Below are positions 1-8,879 of a stretch of 45,078 nt of DNA, piece after piece (the stretch's first letter is position 1; every line of letters starts with the position of its first letter). The notes beneath the pieces were generated by a model. The model saw only the letters and a program-made list of their open reading frames with translations. It ran no database searches and had not been told where the DNA came from. The DNA comes from Clostridia bacterium (GTDB lineage: Bacteria; Bacillota; Clostridia; UMGS1883), in the NCBI GenBank assembly GCA_045615265.1, contig JAZLEL010000016.1, positions 1-45,078 on the forward strand, given 5' to 3'. A program made the position numbers and the translations under genes.

Positions 1-138
1 ATAATTGTTTTAGCACTCTCTATAAGTTATATCGTAAAGGCTAAGAAAAATGGTATTAAGTGTATTGGTTGTCCCTCAGGCGGTGATTGCAATGGCGAAT
101 GCGGTTGCGGCTGCGGGGACAGTGAAAAACACGAGTAA
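1..138 (+). CDS. 3' end of a small FeoB-associated Cys-rich membrane protein (5' end lies outside the window)
   Basis: Frame 1 is open from the window edge to TAA at 136-138. It translates as IIVLALSISYIVKAKKNGIKCIGCPSGGDCNGECGCGCGDSEKHE, a hydrophobic helix followed by a Cys/Gly-rich tail, as in the short peptides encoded beside feoB in Firmicutes. It is absent from the ORF track because it has no start codon in the window. Confidence 0.55.
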   Translation: MIVLALSISYIVKAKKNGIKCIGCPSGGDCNGECGCGCGDSEKHE

Positions 139-144
139 AAAATA

Positions 145-173
145 AAACGGACAGCTGTCCGTTTTATTTTTTT
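145..173 (+). terminator. Rho-independent terminator
   Basis: Perfect hairpin aaaacggacagctgtccgtttt followed by a T-run, directly after the stop at 138. Confidence 0.75.
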
Positions 174-231
174 AATAATTGTCTAAAAGAAGAAAATGTT
201 GTAAAAAATGTATGAAGGTAGATTGGATTTA

Positions 232-261
232 TTGACAATGAGGGCGTTTTTATGGTAATAT
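232..261 (+). promoter_or_regulatory. Candidate sigma-A promoter for the M50 protease/scpAB operon
   Basis: TTGACA (232-237), 18-nt spacer, TGgTAATAT (extended -10, 256-261). Confidence 0.4.
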
Positions 262-279
262 ATATTAGAAGGATTTTAT

Positions 280-960
280 GTGTTTGGTGGTGTAATCTTG
301 GATTGGTTTGTTAATTCTTTGACAGAACTTCTGGCACGACTTATCGTGCTTTTTACAGCGATAACTGTACATGAGTATGCTCATGGCTTTGTTGCATATA
401 AATTAGGCGATCCCACTGCAAAGTATGCAGGCCGTCTTTCGCTTAACCCTATGTCGCATCTTGATCCGATAGGGGCATTGTGTATGGTGTTTTTCAGGTT
501 TGGATGGGCAAAACCTGTACCTGTTAACCCAATGTATTTTAAAGACAGAAAGCGTGACAATGCATTAGTCGCTTTAGCAGGTCCTGTTGCAAACATTATA
601 CTTGCGTTTGTTTTTACAATAATTACTGCACTATACTGGGTGCTTATATATGAAAAAAGCCCCGATAACTTTATTTGTAATTTTATCCTTATGGTTTTTG
701 TTCAGCTTGCAGTTGTCAATATAAGCTTTGCTATTTTTAATCTTTTGCCGTTCCCTCCTCTTGACGGAAGTAAAATTTTGGGAGCTTTTCTTTCATATGA
801 AAATTATAATAAGCTTTTGCAATATGAACGATATGGCTTTTCGCTTTTAATATTCCTTTCGTTCACAGGGGTTTTGGGCAGAATTTTGAATTTGTTTATC
901 GTTCCGCTTTACAGTTTGTGGAACATATCCTTAGAAGGACTTATAAATATTCTTAGATAA
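280..960 (+). CDS. Site-2 protease family (peptidase M50) membrane zinc metalloprotease
   Basis: HEYAHG (HExxH) lies in a hydrophobic segment, and NLLPFPPLDGSK matches the second M50 motif. The protein is polytopic. GTG start sits 6 nt after GAAGGA. Confidence 0.85.
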   Translation: MFGGVILDWFVNSLTELLARLIVLFTAITVHEYAHGFVAYKLGDPTAKYAGRLSLNPMSHLDPIGALCMVFFRFGWAKPVPVNPMYFKDRKRDNALVALAGPVANIILAFVFTIITALYWVLIYEKSPDNFICNFILMVFVQLAVVNISFAIFNLLPFPPLDGSKILGAFLSYENYNKLLQYERYGFSLLIFLSFTGVLGRILNLFIVPLYSLWNISLEGLINILR

Positions 961-972
961 GGAAAACATAAG

Positions 973-1719
973 ATGAGTGAGCTTTCGTTTAAAATAGATG
1001 TGTTTGAAGGTCCGTTAGACCTGCTTTTGCATCTTATCAGCAAGAATAAGGTGAGTATCTGCGATATTCCTATTTCAATGATAACCGACCAGTATTTTGA
1101 GTATATAGAGCTTATGCAGCAGCTTGATATGGAGGTCGGGGGAGAATTCCTTGTTATGGCATCGCAACTTTTGTATATTAAGTCAAAGATGCTTCTTCCA
1201 ACTCCGGAAGAGGAGGAAGATGATCCCCGTGCCGAGCTTGCCGACAGGCTTGAGGAATATAAGAGATATAAAGAAATATCAGCGGAAATGGACAAGCTTA
1301 GTCATTCTATGGAAAATGTAGTGTTTAAAGGGAGTGAGCCGCTTAATCTTCCGAAGATAAAGACGGAAAACAGGCAGATACCTGTTGAAAAGCTTTTCGA
1401 GGCATTCTTTACAGTAATTGAGAGAAGTAGTACACGTAAACCGATTGACCCGAAAACCTTTAAAAAAGTTATCGGTCGTACGAATTATTCTGTACGTACT
1501 GCATCAAAAACTGTTATTGGCAAATTGAAAAAAGGGGAGAAGAGAACATTTGAATCCCTTTTTGACGGACTCAGAGTACGTGGTGAATATGTGGCAACTT
1601 TCCTTGCTCTGTTAGAGCTTATAAAGGAAAATGTTGTCAACGTAATACAGGTGGGCGAAAATCTCTATTGTGAGAGAGGTGAAAACGATGTGGAATTTGA
1701 CAATTGGGAAGAATATTGA
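973..1719 (+). CDS. scpA: Segregation and condensation protein A (kleisin)
   Basis: N-terminus FEGPLDLLLHLISKNKVSICDIPISMITDQY is the typical ScpA signature. It is followed by scpB, and AAGGA lies 9 nt upstream of the ATG. Confidence 0.9.
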   Translation: MSELSFKIDVFEGPLDLLLHLISKNKVSICDIPISMITDQYFEYIELMQQLDMEVGGEFLVMASQLLYIKSKMLLPTPEEEEDDPRAELADRLEEYKRYKEISAEMDKLSHSMENVVFKGSEPLNLPKIKTENRQIPVEKLFEAFFTVIERSSTRKPIDPKTFKKVIGRTNYSVRTASKTVIGKLKKGEKRTFESLFDGLRVRGEYVATFLALLELIKENVVNVIQVGENLYCERGENDVEFDNWEEY

Positions 1720-2299
1720 GTGTGCGCTTGAAGCCGTATTGTTTTCCCTTGGGGAGGCAGTTGAGATTGACCGTCTTGCAGAGGCGTTGGAGGTAAGAGA
1801 GGACGAAATTAAAAATGCCTTTGTAAATCTCAAAAAAAAATATCAGGATGAAAATCGCGGAATTAAGCTTATCGAAATAGAAAATTCTATTCAAATGTGC
1901 TCCAATCCCGATTATTTTGAGTGTATCAAGCGTGTTACACAGATAAAGAAAGAGGCAGGGTTATCCTCGGCAGCACTTGAAACCTTGTCAATTATCGCAT
2001 ATAACCAACCTGTCACAAAAGGAACGATTGAATTTATCCGTGGAGTTGATTGTACATATTCTGTCACAAGACTTCTTGAAAGAGGGTTTATTGATGAATT
2101 AGGCCGTGCAGAAACCCCTGGCAGACCTATCCTTTACGGAACGACTGCCGAGTTTTTAAGGTGCTTTGGCTTAAAAAACCTTGACGAGCTTCCGCCACTC
2201 CCTGAAAAAGAAGTGCCTCAGGAGACTGAAAATAAGCCTTCGGACATCATTGAAGAATTTGTGCAGGAGAATGAAAACATAGCGGAGATTGGTGAATAA
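1688..2299 (+). CDS. scpB: Segregation and condensation protein B
   Basis: IECALEAVLFSLGEAV, ALETLSIIAYNQPVTKGTIEFIRGVD and GRPILYGTTAEFLRCFGL are ScpB winged-helix motifs. I prefer the ATG at 1688 (preceded by GAGAGG) to the GTG at 1670. It overlaps the scpA 3' end. Confidence 0.9.
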   Translation: MWNLTIGKNIECALEAVLFSLGEAVEIDRLAEALEVREDEIKNAFVNLKKKYQDENRGIKLIEIENSIQMCSNPDYFECIKRVTQIKKEAGLSSAALETLSIIAYNQPVTKGTIEFIRGVDCTYSVTRLLERGFIDELGRAETPGRPILYGTTAEFLRCFGLKNLDELPPLPEKEVPQETENKPSDIIEEFVQENENIAEIGE

Positions 2300-2302
2300 T
2301 TG

Positions 2303-2878
2303 ATGTATATTATTATATCAGTGATATTTATTATCCTTATTTGCATATTGTTTTTGCCGCTTAAAATTGAGGTTTCCTATAAAGAAAAGAAGCTGGGGGC
2401 AGCAGCATATATCATTGGAATTCCACTTTATAAAAAAGACTCACTTTTAAAATCTAAAAAAGGGGAGAAGCCCTCGGAAAAGAATCCACAGGAAAGAGTG
2501 GGAGAGCTTGAGAAGGATGCATTTACCCTTGGTGAAAGAATTGAGCATTATGCAGAGATTTATAATAATACAGTAAAACTCCTCAGAAAATACGCTCAAA
2601 TCAGTAATCTTGATTTAAAAATCGAGGTAGGAACGGGTGATGCCGCTACAACAGCAGTTGGAACAGGAGCGTTATGGGGTGTTGTATACAGGTTGATTGC
2701 AATTATAGGAAGTATTATGTATATCAACAAACATCACGTGGATATTAATCCTGTTTATACAAATACTGTATTTTCTCTTGAGGGAGAATGCATAATTAAA
2801 AGCAGGATTGTTTATATTATATTTATTATGATAACAATTTTGATAAAAATTAAATCCCGAAAGGGCAAGGAGGAGTAA
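2303..2878 (+). CDS. DUF2953-type sporulation-associated membrane protein (YtfI-like)
   Basis: It has an N-terminal TM helix and sits immediately upstream of ytfJ, as in other endospore formers. The ATG at 2303 follows the TTG at 2300. Confidence 0.65.
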   Translation: MYIIISVIFIILICILFLPLKIEVSYKEKKLGAAAYIIGIPLYKKDSLLKSKKGEKPSEKNPQERVGELEKDAFTLGERIEHYAEIYNNTVKLLRKYAQISNLDLKIEVGTGDAATTAVGTGALWGVVYRLIAIIGSIMYINKHHVDINPVYTNTVFSLEGECIIKSRIVYIIFIMITILIKIKSRKGKEE

Positions 2879-2881
2879 TTT

Positions 2882-3262
2882 ATGGGCGAACATCCTATCA
2901 ACAATTTAATGAGTACAGTTATGGAAAACATCAAGGGTATGATTGACGTAAATACTATTATCGGTGACCCTGTTGAAACAAGTAATGGTACTATGATTAT
3001 TCCTATTTCGAAAGTAGGATTTGGATTTGCTGCAGGTGGCAGTGACATTCCTACAAAGAATGACGGGGATAAACCCTTTGGAGGAGGCAGCGGTGCCGGC
3101 GTATCAATTTCTCCTATTGGTTTTTTGGTTGTTACAGCAGACCAGATAAAAATGGTTCCCGTATCTTCCGGAAATACTCCCATTGATAAACTTGTGGATT
3201 ATATCCCGGTTGCGATTGAAAAAGTAAACGGAATGATTAAAAAGAATAAGGACGAAGAATAA
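2882..3262 (+). CDS. ytfJ: GerW-family sporulation protein YtfJ
   Basis: IIGDPVETSNGTMIIPISKVGFGFAAGGSD and GGGSGAGVSISPIGFLVV are the characteristic YtfJ/GerW repeats. The gap after the upstream gene is 3 nt. Confidence 0.85.
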   Translation: MGEHPINNLMSTVMENIKGMIDVNTIIGDPVETSNGTMIIPISKVGFGFAAGGSDIPTKNDGDKPFGGGSGAGVSISPIGFLVVTADQIKMVPVSSGNTPIDKLVDYIPVAIEKVNGMIKKNKDEE

Positions 3263-3263
3263 T

Positions 3264-3579
3264 AAAAAAAGGATTGAACATTTAGCGGTGTTCACATAGG
3301 GATTATTTGCCCAAAATCCATGATTTCGGCGGATAACCTCGTTGAAAATGCTTGTAATCCGACAGGATAACTTCACATTTTCGCCTTGTTCTCCATCCGA
3401 ACTTATGAATTTTTGGGTGCAGGGCAGTTTTAGAACAGATATTTTCGAGTTAAGACACAGCAATAAAAATTGCGTAATACTGGCGTATTACGCAATTTTT
3501 TTGTGAAGTATTAACCGAAAAGAGCATTCTAAAACCAATTCATCCCTATGTGAACGCCGCTTTTGTTCAATCCTTTTTT
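3264..3579. repeat. 316-bp MITE-like element bounded by ~37-bp near-perfect terminal inverted repeats
   Basis: Left arm 3264-3302 is aaaaaaaggattgaacatttagcggtgttcacataggga. The reverse complement of 3543-3579 is aaaaaaggattgaacaaaagcggcgttcacataggga, matching at about 34 of 38 positions. Weaker inverted similarity continues inward (gaaaatgct...ataacttcac versus tagaatgct...aatacttcac). No credible ORF lies inside. Confidence 0.5.
3465..3502. terminator. Bidirectional rho-independent terminator inside the inverted-repeat element
   Basis: aaaaattgcgtaatac-tggc-gtattacgcaattttttt forms a 16-bp stem with an A-run on one side and a T-run on the other. It lies between the convergent genes ytfJ and upp. 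Confidence 0.7.
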
Positions 3580-3588
3580 AGTGCAATA

Positions 3589-4218
3589 TTATTTTGTACC
3601 GAAGATTCGGTCACCTGCATCACCTAAACCTGGAACAATATAACATCTTTCATTTAACTTTTCGTCTACATTTGCACAATAGATTTCTACATCGGGATGT
3701 GCTTTTGAAAGAGCGTCAATTCCTTCGGGGGCTGCTATCAGGCATAAAAACTTGATGTGCGTGCCGCCATATTTTTTTATCTGGTCAATGGCATCGATTG
3801 CACTGCCTCCTGTTGCAAGCATAGGATCGACAACAACAATTAATCTTCTGTCTATGTCTGCAGGAAGCTTGCAGTAGTATTCATGGGGCTGCATGGTTTC
3901 TTCATCACGGTACATACCAATATGACCAACTTTAGCAGAAGGTACTAAATTTAACATACCGTTTACCATACCCAGACCTGCACGAAGTATAGGAACAACT
4001 GCCAGCTTTTTACCCTTAATCATCTTTTGGGTTGTTTTTGTAATCGGTGTTTCAATTTCAACATCTTCCAATGGTAAATCCCTGAGTGCTTCGTAGCACA
4101 TCAGCATTGTTATTTCCTCTACCAGCTCACGAAACTCTTTATTAGTAGTCGTAGTCTGACGCAGAATAGTTGTTTTATGTTGTATAAGCGGATGATCAAA
4201 GATGGTAATGTTTTTCAT
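3589..4218 (-). CDS. upp: Uracil phosphoribosyltransferase
   Basis: The 209-aa product carries [10 protein letters not shown] and the PRPP loop [12 protein letters not shown], and ends [18 protein letters not shown] lies upstream of the ATG. Confidence 0.95.
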   Translation of the reverse strand: MKNITIFDHPLIQHKTTILRQTTTTNKEFRELVEEITMLMCYEALRDLPLEDVEIETPITKTTQKMIKGKKLAVVPILRAGLGMVNGMLNLVPSAKVGHIGMYRDEETMQPHEYYCKLPADIDRRLIVVVDPMLATGGSAIDAIDQIKKYGGTHIKFLCLIAAPEGIDALSKAHPDVEIYCANVDEKLNERCYIVPGLGDAGDRIFGTK

Positions 4219-4233
4219 GATGAAACTCCTTTA

Positions 4234-5577
4234 TTATTCCTGATCGGGTGCCTTAGCTACTATAAGATTTACTATAATACCGAAAATAAGTGCACATGCA
4301 ATGGATGTAAGCTTAATTAAACCAATCTGAAGAGACATACCGCCGATACCTGTAATAAGGATTACAGAAACAACGAAGAGATTCTTATTGTTATTAAGAT
4401 CAACATTCTGGAGCATCTTAAGACCGGAAACAGCAATGAAACCATAAAGGGTAATGCAAACGCCGCCCATAACACAACTGGGGATTGTAGCAAGGAATGT
4501 TACAAAAGGAGCAATGAAAGAAGCAATTATTGCGATAATTGCTGTTGCAAGAATTGTCACAATTGAAGCGTTCTTTGTGATAGCAACACATCCAACAGAT
4601 TCGCCGTATGTTGTGTTGGGGCAACCGCCGAAGAAAGCACCAACCATAGAACCTACACCATCACCAAGGAGTGTTCTGTGAAGACCGGGTTCTTCAAGAA
4701 GGTCTTTTTCAATGATAGAAGAAAGATTCTTATGGTCTGCAATATGTTCTGCAAAAACAACGAATGCAACGGGAATATATGCAACTGCAATTGTTGCAAT
4801 GTATTCTGCATTAATTTCCTTAATTCCCTGAAATGCTTTAACGAATGTAAAGTCAGGATACCACTGCATATTGCTAAACACATTGAAATCTATAACCTGA
4901 AGAGCTGCATTTCCGGTTTTCAGACCAATTAAGGTAAAGATGGTAGCAACTGCATAGCCTGCAAGGATACCTATGATAAAGGGAATAAGCCTCAATAATT
5001 TTTTGCCATATACAGAAGAAAGAACAACCACAAGAATGGTTACTAAACCGCATATAAAGCCTACCCAACCGTGAGAATTCATTACGTAAACAGAATTAGC
5101 ACCATCATACGTAGCAAACTTCAAGAGATCACCAACAGCATTTCCTGCAAGGGAAAGACCAATGATTGCAACGGTAGGTCCGATTACAACGGCGGGCATA
5201 AGTCTGCTGATCCAGTTAACGCCTGCAAATTTAACAATGATTGCAATAACAACATATACAAGACCTGCAAAAAAAGCACCTATTAATATTCCAAGGTAGC
5301 CAGCTTCAGCGGAAACTGCTCCTGCAAATGAAGCAAACATTGAACCGATGAAAGCAAATGAAGAACCAAGGAAAACAGGACTTTTAAACTTTGTGAAAAG
5401 AAGATAAATGATTGTACCTGCACCTGCGCCGAAAAGTGCCGCTGACTGCGACATACCATTGCCGATGATTGAAGGTACAGCGATTGTTGCAGCCAGAATT
5501 GCGAGCAATTGCTGGAATGCAAAGATGAGAATTTGTCCAAATTTTGGTTTGTCGTTTACTCCGTAAACTAATTTCAT
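4234..5577 (-). CDS. uraA: Uracil permease (NCS2 / nucleobase:cation symporter-2 family)
   Basis: It is polytopic, with the NCS2-type segments GPTVAIIGLSL and FAEHIADHK plus GDGVGSMVGAFFGGCPNTTYGES, and sits directly upstream of upp. I moved the start to the ATG at 5577 (MKLVYGV...), preceded by GGAGGGG. Confidence 0.85.
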   Translation of the reverse strand: MKLVYGVNDKPKFGQILIFAFQQLLAILAATIAVPSIIGNGMSQSAALFGAGAGTIIYLLFTKFKSPVFLGSSFAFIGSMFASFAGAVSAEAGYLGILIGAFFAGLVYVVIAIIVKFAGVNWISRLMPAVVIGPTVAIIGLSLAGNAVGDLLKFATYDGANSVYVMNSHGWVGFICGLVTILVVVLSSVYGKKLLRLIPFIIGILAGYAVATIFTLIGLKTGNAALQVIDFNVFSNMQWYPDFTFVKAFQGIKEINAEYIATIAVAYIPVAFVVFAEHIADHKNLSSIIEKDLLEEPGLHRTLLGDGVGSMVGAFFGGCPNTTYGESVGCVAITKNASIVTILATAIIAIIASFIAPFVTFLATIPSCVMGGVCITLYGFIAVSGLKMLQNVDLNNNKNLFVVSVILITGIGGMSLQIGLIKLTSIACALIFGIIVNLIVAKAPDQE

Positions 5578-5624
5578 TTTTACCCCTCCAAATAATATTA
5601 TAATATGTGACATTTGCTATTCTT

Positions 5625-5653
5625 AATATACTTAAAAATTCAAAATTTGTCAA
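5625..5653 (-). promoter_or_regulatory. Candidate sigma-A promoter of uraA-upp
   Basis: On the minus strand: TTGACA, 17-nt spacer, TATATT. Confidence 0.5.
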
Positions 5654-5684
5654 TATATTTATCGCTTATTTTGGAAGATACAAG

Positions 5685-5721
5685 AAAATGGTCAGCCTGC
5701 AAAAGCCAGGCTGACCATTTT
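5685..5721 (-). terminator. Rho-independent terminator after glnS
   Basis: aaaatggtcagcctg-caaaag-ccaggctgaccatttt forms a 15-bp stem with flanking A/T runs, 10 nt past the glnS stop. Confidence 0.8.
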
Positions 5722-5731
5722 AGTTATTAAT

Positions 5732-7384
5732 TTATTGAGGTTTGAAAGAACTCTTAAGCGGAGCTGTACGGTTAAATACATTTTCATTTTTACTGTCACG
5801 TGTGTAATAACCCATGCGAACAAACTGGAATTTTTCACCGACTTTTGCATCCTTTAAAGATGGCTCTCCGTAAGATTTTTCATATACGATTAACGAATCG
5901 GGATTAATAAATTCATCAAAGTTGTCATCCTCTAAAAGTGTTGCAACATTTTCCTTGTTAAAAATGTTATCAAACTGATGAACACTGAATTCCACGGCCG
6001 TTTCACGACTAAGCCAATGGATATTTCCCTTTACCTTTCTTCCGTCAGCGGGCATACCGTTTCCGGTTTCAATATCAACGGTGCAAAGAAGCTCAGTCAC
6101 GTTTCCGTTATCATCGTGAATAACCTTATTGCATTTCATAATATAAGCTCCCATAAGTCTTACTTCGCCATCCGGTTTAAGACGCTTGAAGCCAGGGATA
6201 GGTTCTTCCATAAAGTCACTCTGCTCAATATAGAGCTTATTTGTAAAAGGAACCTTACGTGAACCCAGCTCAGGCTTTTTAGGATGATTGGGAAGCTCAA
6301 AATATTCAGTGTGGTCATCGGGAAGATTTGTAATTGTAACCTTGAGAGGCTCGATTATTGCCACACGTCTTTGAGCATTTTCATTAAGCTCTTCACAAAT
6401 GCAGTATTCAAGAAGTCTTATATCAGCCATACTGTTTGCCTTAGCAACACCGCTGCGTTCAATAAAGTCAAATATGGCTGTTGGAGTATATCCTCGTCTG
6501 CGTAAACCTTGCAGAGTTGGCATTCTGGGGTCATCCCAACCATCAACATAACCTGTTTCAACGAGCTTACGAAGATAACGCTTGCTCATAACCGTATATG
6601 TCATATTAAGACGTGCAAATTCATACTGGTGGGGATTGTGTTCAAAACCCACATTGTCAACAACCCAATTGTAAAGAGGTCTGTGATTTTCAAATTCAAT
6701 AGAGCAGAGAGAGTGGGTGATACCCTCTAATGCATCCTGAATGGGATGTGCAAAATCATACATAGGATATATGCACCACTTTTTACCCTGTCTGTGATGC
6801 TCCATATGAAGTATGCGGTAAATGACAGGGTCACGCATATTCATATTAGGGGAAGCCATGTCTATTTTTGCACGAAGTGTACGCTGACCGTTTTCAAATT
6901 CACCGTTTTTCATTCGTTCAAAAAGGTCAAGGTTTTCCTCCACACTTCTGTTTCTGTATGGACTTTCTTTACCCGGCTCAGTCAAAGTTCCTCTGTAAAG
7001 AGCCATTTCTTCCTGTGAAAGATCACAAACGTAAGCCTTTTTGTCGCGGATAAGCTTGCAGGCAAACTCATAACACTTATCAAAGTAGTCACTGCCGTAG
7101 AAAATACCGCCTGTGGGGTCTGCGCCAAGCCAATGTAAATCCGCTTCAATTGCTTTAACGAATTCGTCATCTTCTTTTAAAGGGTTAGTGTCATCATAAC
7201 GGAGGTTAAATAATCCGTTATATTTTTTTGCTGTGCTGGAATTAATCCATATAGCTTTTGCACTGCCTATATGAAGATATCCGTTGGGCTCGGGAGGGAA
7301 ACGTGTGTGAACACCGTTCTCACGGCCTGCCGCCAAATCTTCATCAATAATGTCGTGAATAAAATTTGAATAACCTTCCTGCAT
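5732..7384 (-). CDS. glnS: Glutamine--tRNA ligase
   Basis: Class I HIGH motif (PNGYLHIGSAKA), KMSKS motif (VMSKR), and the GlnRS-specific C-terminal beta-barrel region. The product is 550 aa. GGAGG lies 10 nt upstream. Confidence 0.95.
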   Translation of the reverse strand: MQEGYSNFIHDIIDEDLAAGRENGVHTRFPPEPNGYLHIGSAKAIWINSSTAKKYNGLFNLRYDDTNPLKEDDEFVKAIEADLHWLGADPTGGIFYGSDYFDKCYEFACKLIRDKKAYVCDLSQEEMALYRGTLTEPGKESPYRNRSVEENLDLFERMKNGEFENGQRTLRAKIDMASPNMNMRDPVIYRILHMEHHRQGKKWCIYPMYDFAHPIQDALEGITHSLCSIEFENHRPLYNWVVDNVGFEHNPHQYEFARLNMTYTVMSKRYLRKLVETGYVDGWDDPRMPTLQGLRRRGYTPTAIFDFIERSGVAKANSMADIRLLEYCICEELNENAQRRVAIIEPLKVTITNLPDDHTEYFELPNHPKKPELGSRKVPFTNKLYIEQSDFMEEPIPGFKRLKPDGEVRLMGAYIMKCNKVIHDDNGNVTELLCTVDIETGNGMPADGRKVKGNIHWLSRETAVEFSVHQFDNIFNKENVATLLEDDNFDEFINPDSLIVYEKSYGEPSLKDAKVGEKFQFVRMGYYTRDSKNENVFNRTAPLKSSFKPQ

Positions 7385-7405
7385 TATGAGGTTACCTCCG
7401 TTTCT

Positions 7406-8755
7406 CTATCTGTCGTTAAGGTTTATATAATCTCTGCCCTTGTATACGTTTTTGTATGCAGGGCGAATAATTTTATCGGAAACCATAATTTCCTCGAGTC
7501 TGTGTGCACACCAGCCAGAAATACGGCTCATTGCAAATATTGGTGTGTATACCTCCTGAGGAATATTAAGCATTTTATAAATAAAACCGCTGTAAAAGTC
7601 AACATTGATGGCGAGGTCTTTTTGCTTTCCTGTTATTTCAGAGAATAGCTCAATTGCATTCTTTGCAATGAGGTCATACATACAAAGCTCGTCTTCCATA
7701 TGCTTTTCTTTTGCAAGAACTTCGGCGTTTTTGCGGAGAAGCACTGCACGGGGGTCGCTCTTTGTATAGATAGCATGACCTACTCCATATACAAGACCGG
7801 TATGGTCATAGGCTTCCTTATGATAAATTTTAATGATATGCTCACGAATTTGTTTTTCATCAGTAATATCTGTAATATTTGCTTTAAAATCATCAATCAT
7901 TCCCATAACCTTAGAGTTTGCACCGCCGTGTTTAGGTCCCTTAAGAGAACCGATTGCAGCAGCAATTGTGCTGTAAGTATCTGTTCCTGAAGATGAGAGA
8001 ACATGGGTTGTGAAAGTGGAGTTATTACCACCGCCATGTTCGGCATGGAGCATAAGTGCCAAATCAAGCAGATGTGCTTCTGTTTTTGAAAATTCGTTAT
8101 TTGGACGCATCATATAAAGGAAATTCTCAGCTGTGCTCATATCTTCACGCGGTGCGTGGAGAATAAGACTCTTCCCGTCGTAATAATGCGATTTAGCCTG
8201 ATAAGCGTGTGCTATCATTGCAGGGAAACGTGCAATAAGTTCAAAAGATTGTCTTAAGACGTTTTCTACAGAAATTTCATCGGGATTATTGTCGTAAGAA
8301 TAGCTTGCCAATACACAACGCGCAAGCTTGTTCATAATATCCCCGCTCGGAGCCTTTAAAATCATATCCTCGGTGAAATTAGTGGGGAGGGCACGTATTG
8401 AGCCTAAGTACTGCGAAAACTCTTTAAGAGCAGACTCTGTGGGGAGCGAACCGAAAAGAAGAAGATACACAACTTCTTCAAAACCGAAACGGTCATCAAC
8501 CTCGCAACCTGCGACAATATCATTCACATTTATTCCTCTGTAACGGAGAATTCCGTCATCGGCGATTTTCTCGCCCTCATCAAGGAGATAACCATGAACG
8601 TCACCTACTTTTGTAAGTCCAACTAATACACCGCTTCCGTTTGAGTTACGAAGACCACGTTTCACGCTATATTTATTGTAAAGCTCTGCATCTATCGAGT
8701 AAGTGTCCTTAGATAGTGTACACAGTTTTTTAAATAATTCCTGATTGTTTTCCAT
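7406..8755 (-). CDS. Citrate synthase
   Basis: LHAEHGGGNNSTF, GPKHGGANSKV and GVGHAIY are citrate synthase active-site segments. I moved the start to the ATG at 8755 (MENNQELF...), preceded by GGGGGT. Confidence 0.9.
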   Translation of the reverse strand: MENNQELFKKLCTLSKDTYSIDAELYNKYSVKRGLRNSNGSGVLVGLTKVGDVHGYLLDEGEKIADDGILRYRGINVNDIVAGCEVDDRFGFEEVVYLLLFGSLPTESALKEFSQYLGSIRALPTNFTEDMILKAPSGDIMNKLARCVLASYSYDNNPDEISVENVLRQSFELIARFPAMIAHAYQAKSHYYDGKSLILHAPREDMSTAENFLYMMRPNNEFSKTEAHLLDLALMLHAEHGGGNNSTFTTHVLSSSGTDTYSTIAAAIGSLKGPKHGGANSKVMGMIDDFKANITDITDEKQIREHIIKIYHKEAYDHTGLVYGVGHAIYTKSDPRAVLLRKNAEVLAKEKHMEDELCMYDLIAKNAIELFSEITGKQKDLAINVDFYSGFIYKMLNIPQEVYTPIFAMSRISGWCAHRLEEIMVSDKIIRPAYKNVYKGRDYINLNDR

Positions 8756-8879
8756 ATCTGTTACCCCCAGACTAAATGTTTGCATTATATTATACCATTA
8801 TTTGTATATGATTTCAACAAAAAAGTTATATTTATTAATAAAAAATTATATTATTAATATATAGGGGGTAAAAATTGAA

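Noticed and set aside
3427-3445. A gttttagaacag string reminiscent of type II CRISPR repeat or tracrRNA sequence.
   Set aside because: It is a single occurrence. No direct repeats, spacers or cas genes occur anywhere in the window, so this is a coincidental match.
3104-3463. A 119-aa minus-strand ORF spanning the ytfJ 3' end and the inverted-repeat element. Two short plus-strand ORFs also start at 3320 and 3348.
   Set aside because: None has a ribosome-binding site. The long one is antisense to ytfJ, and the short ones run through the terminator hairpin. The composition is not protein-like.
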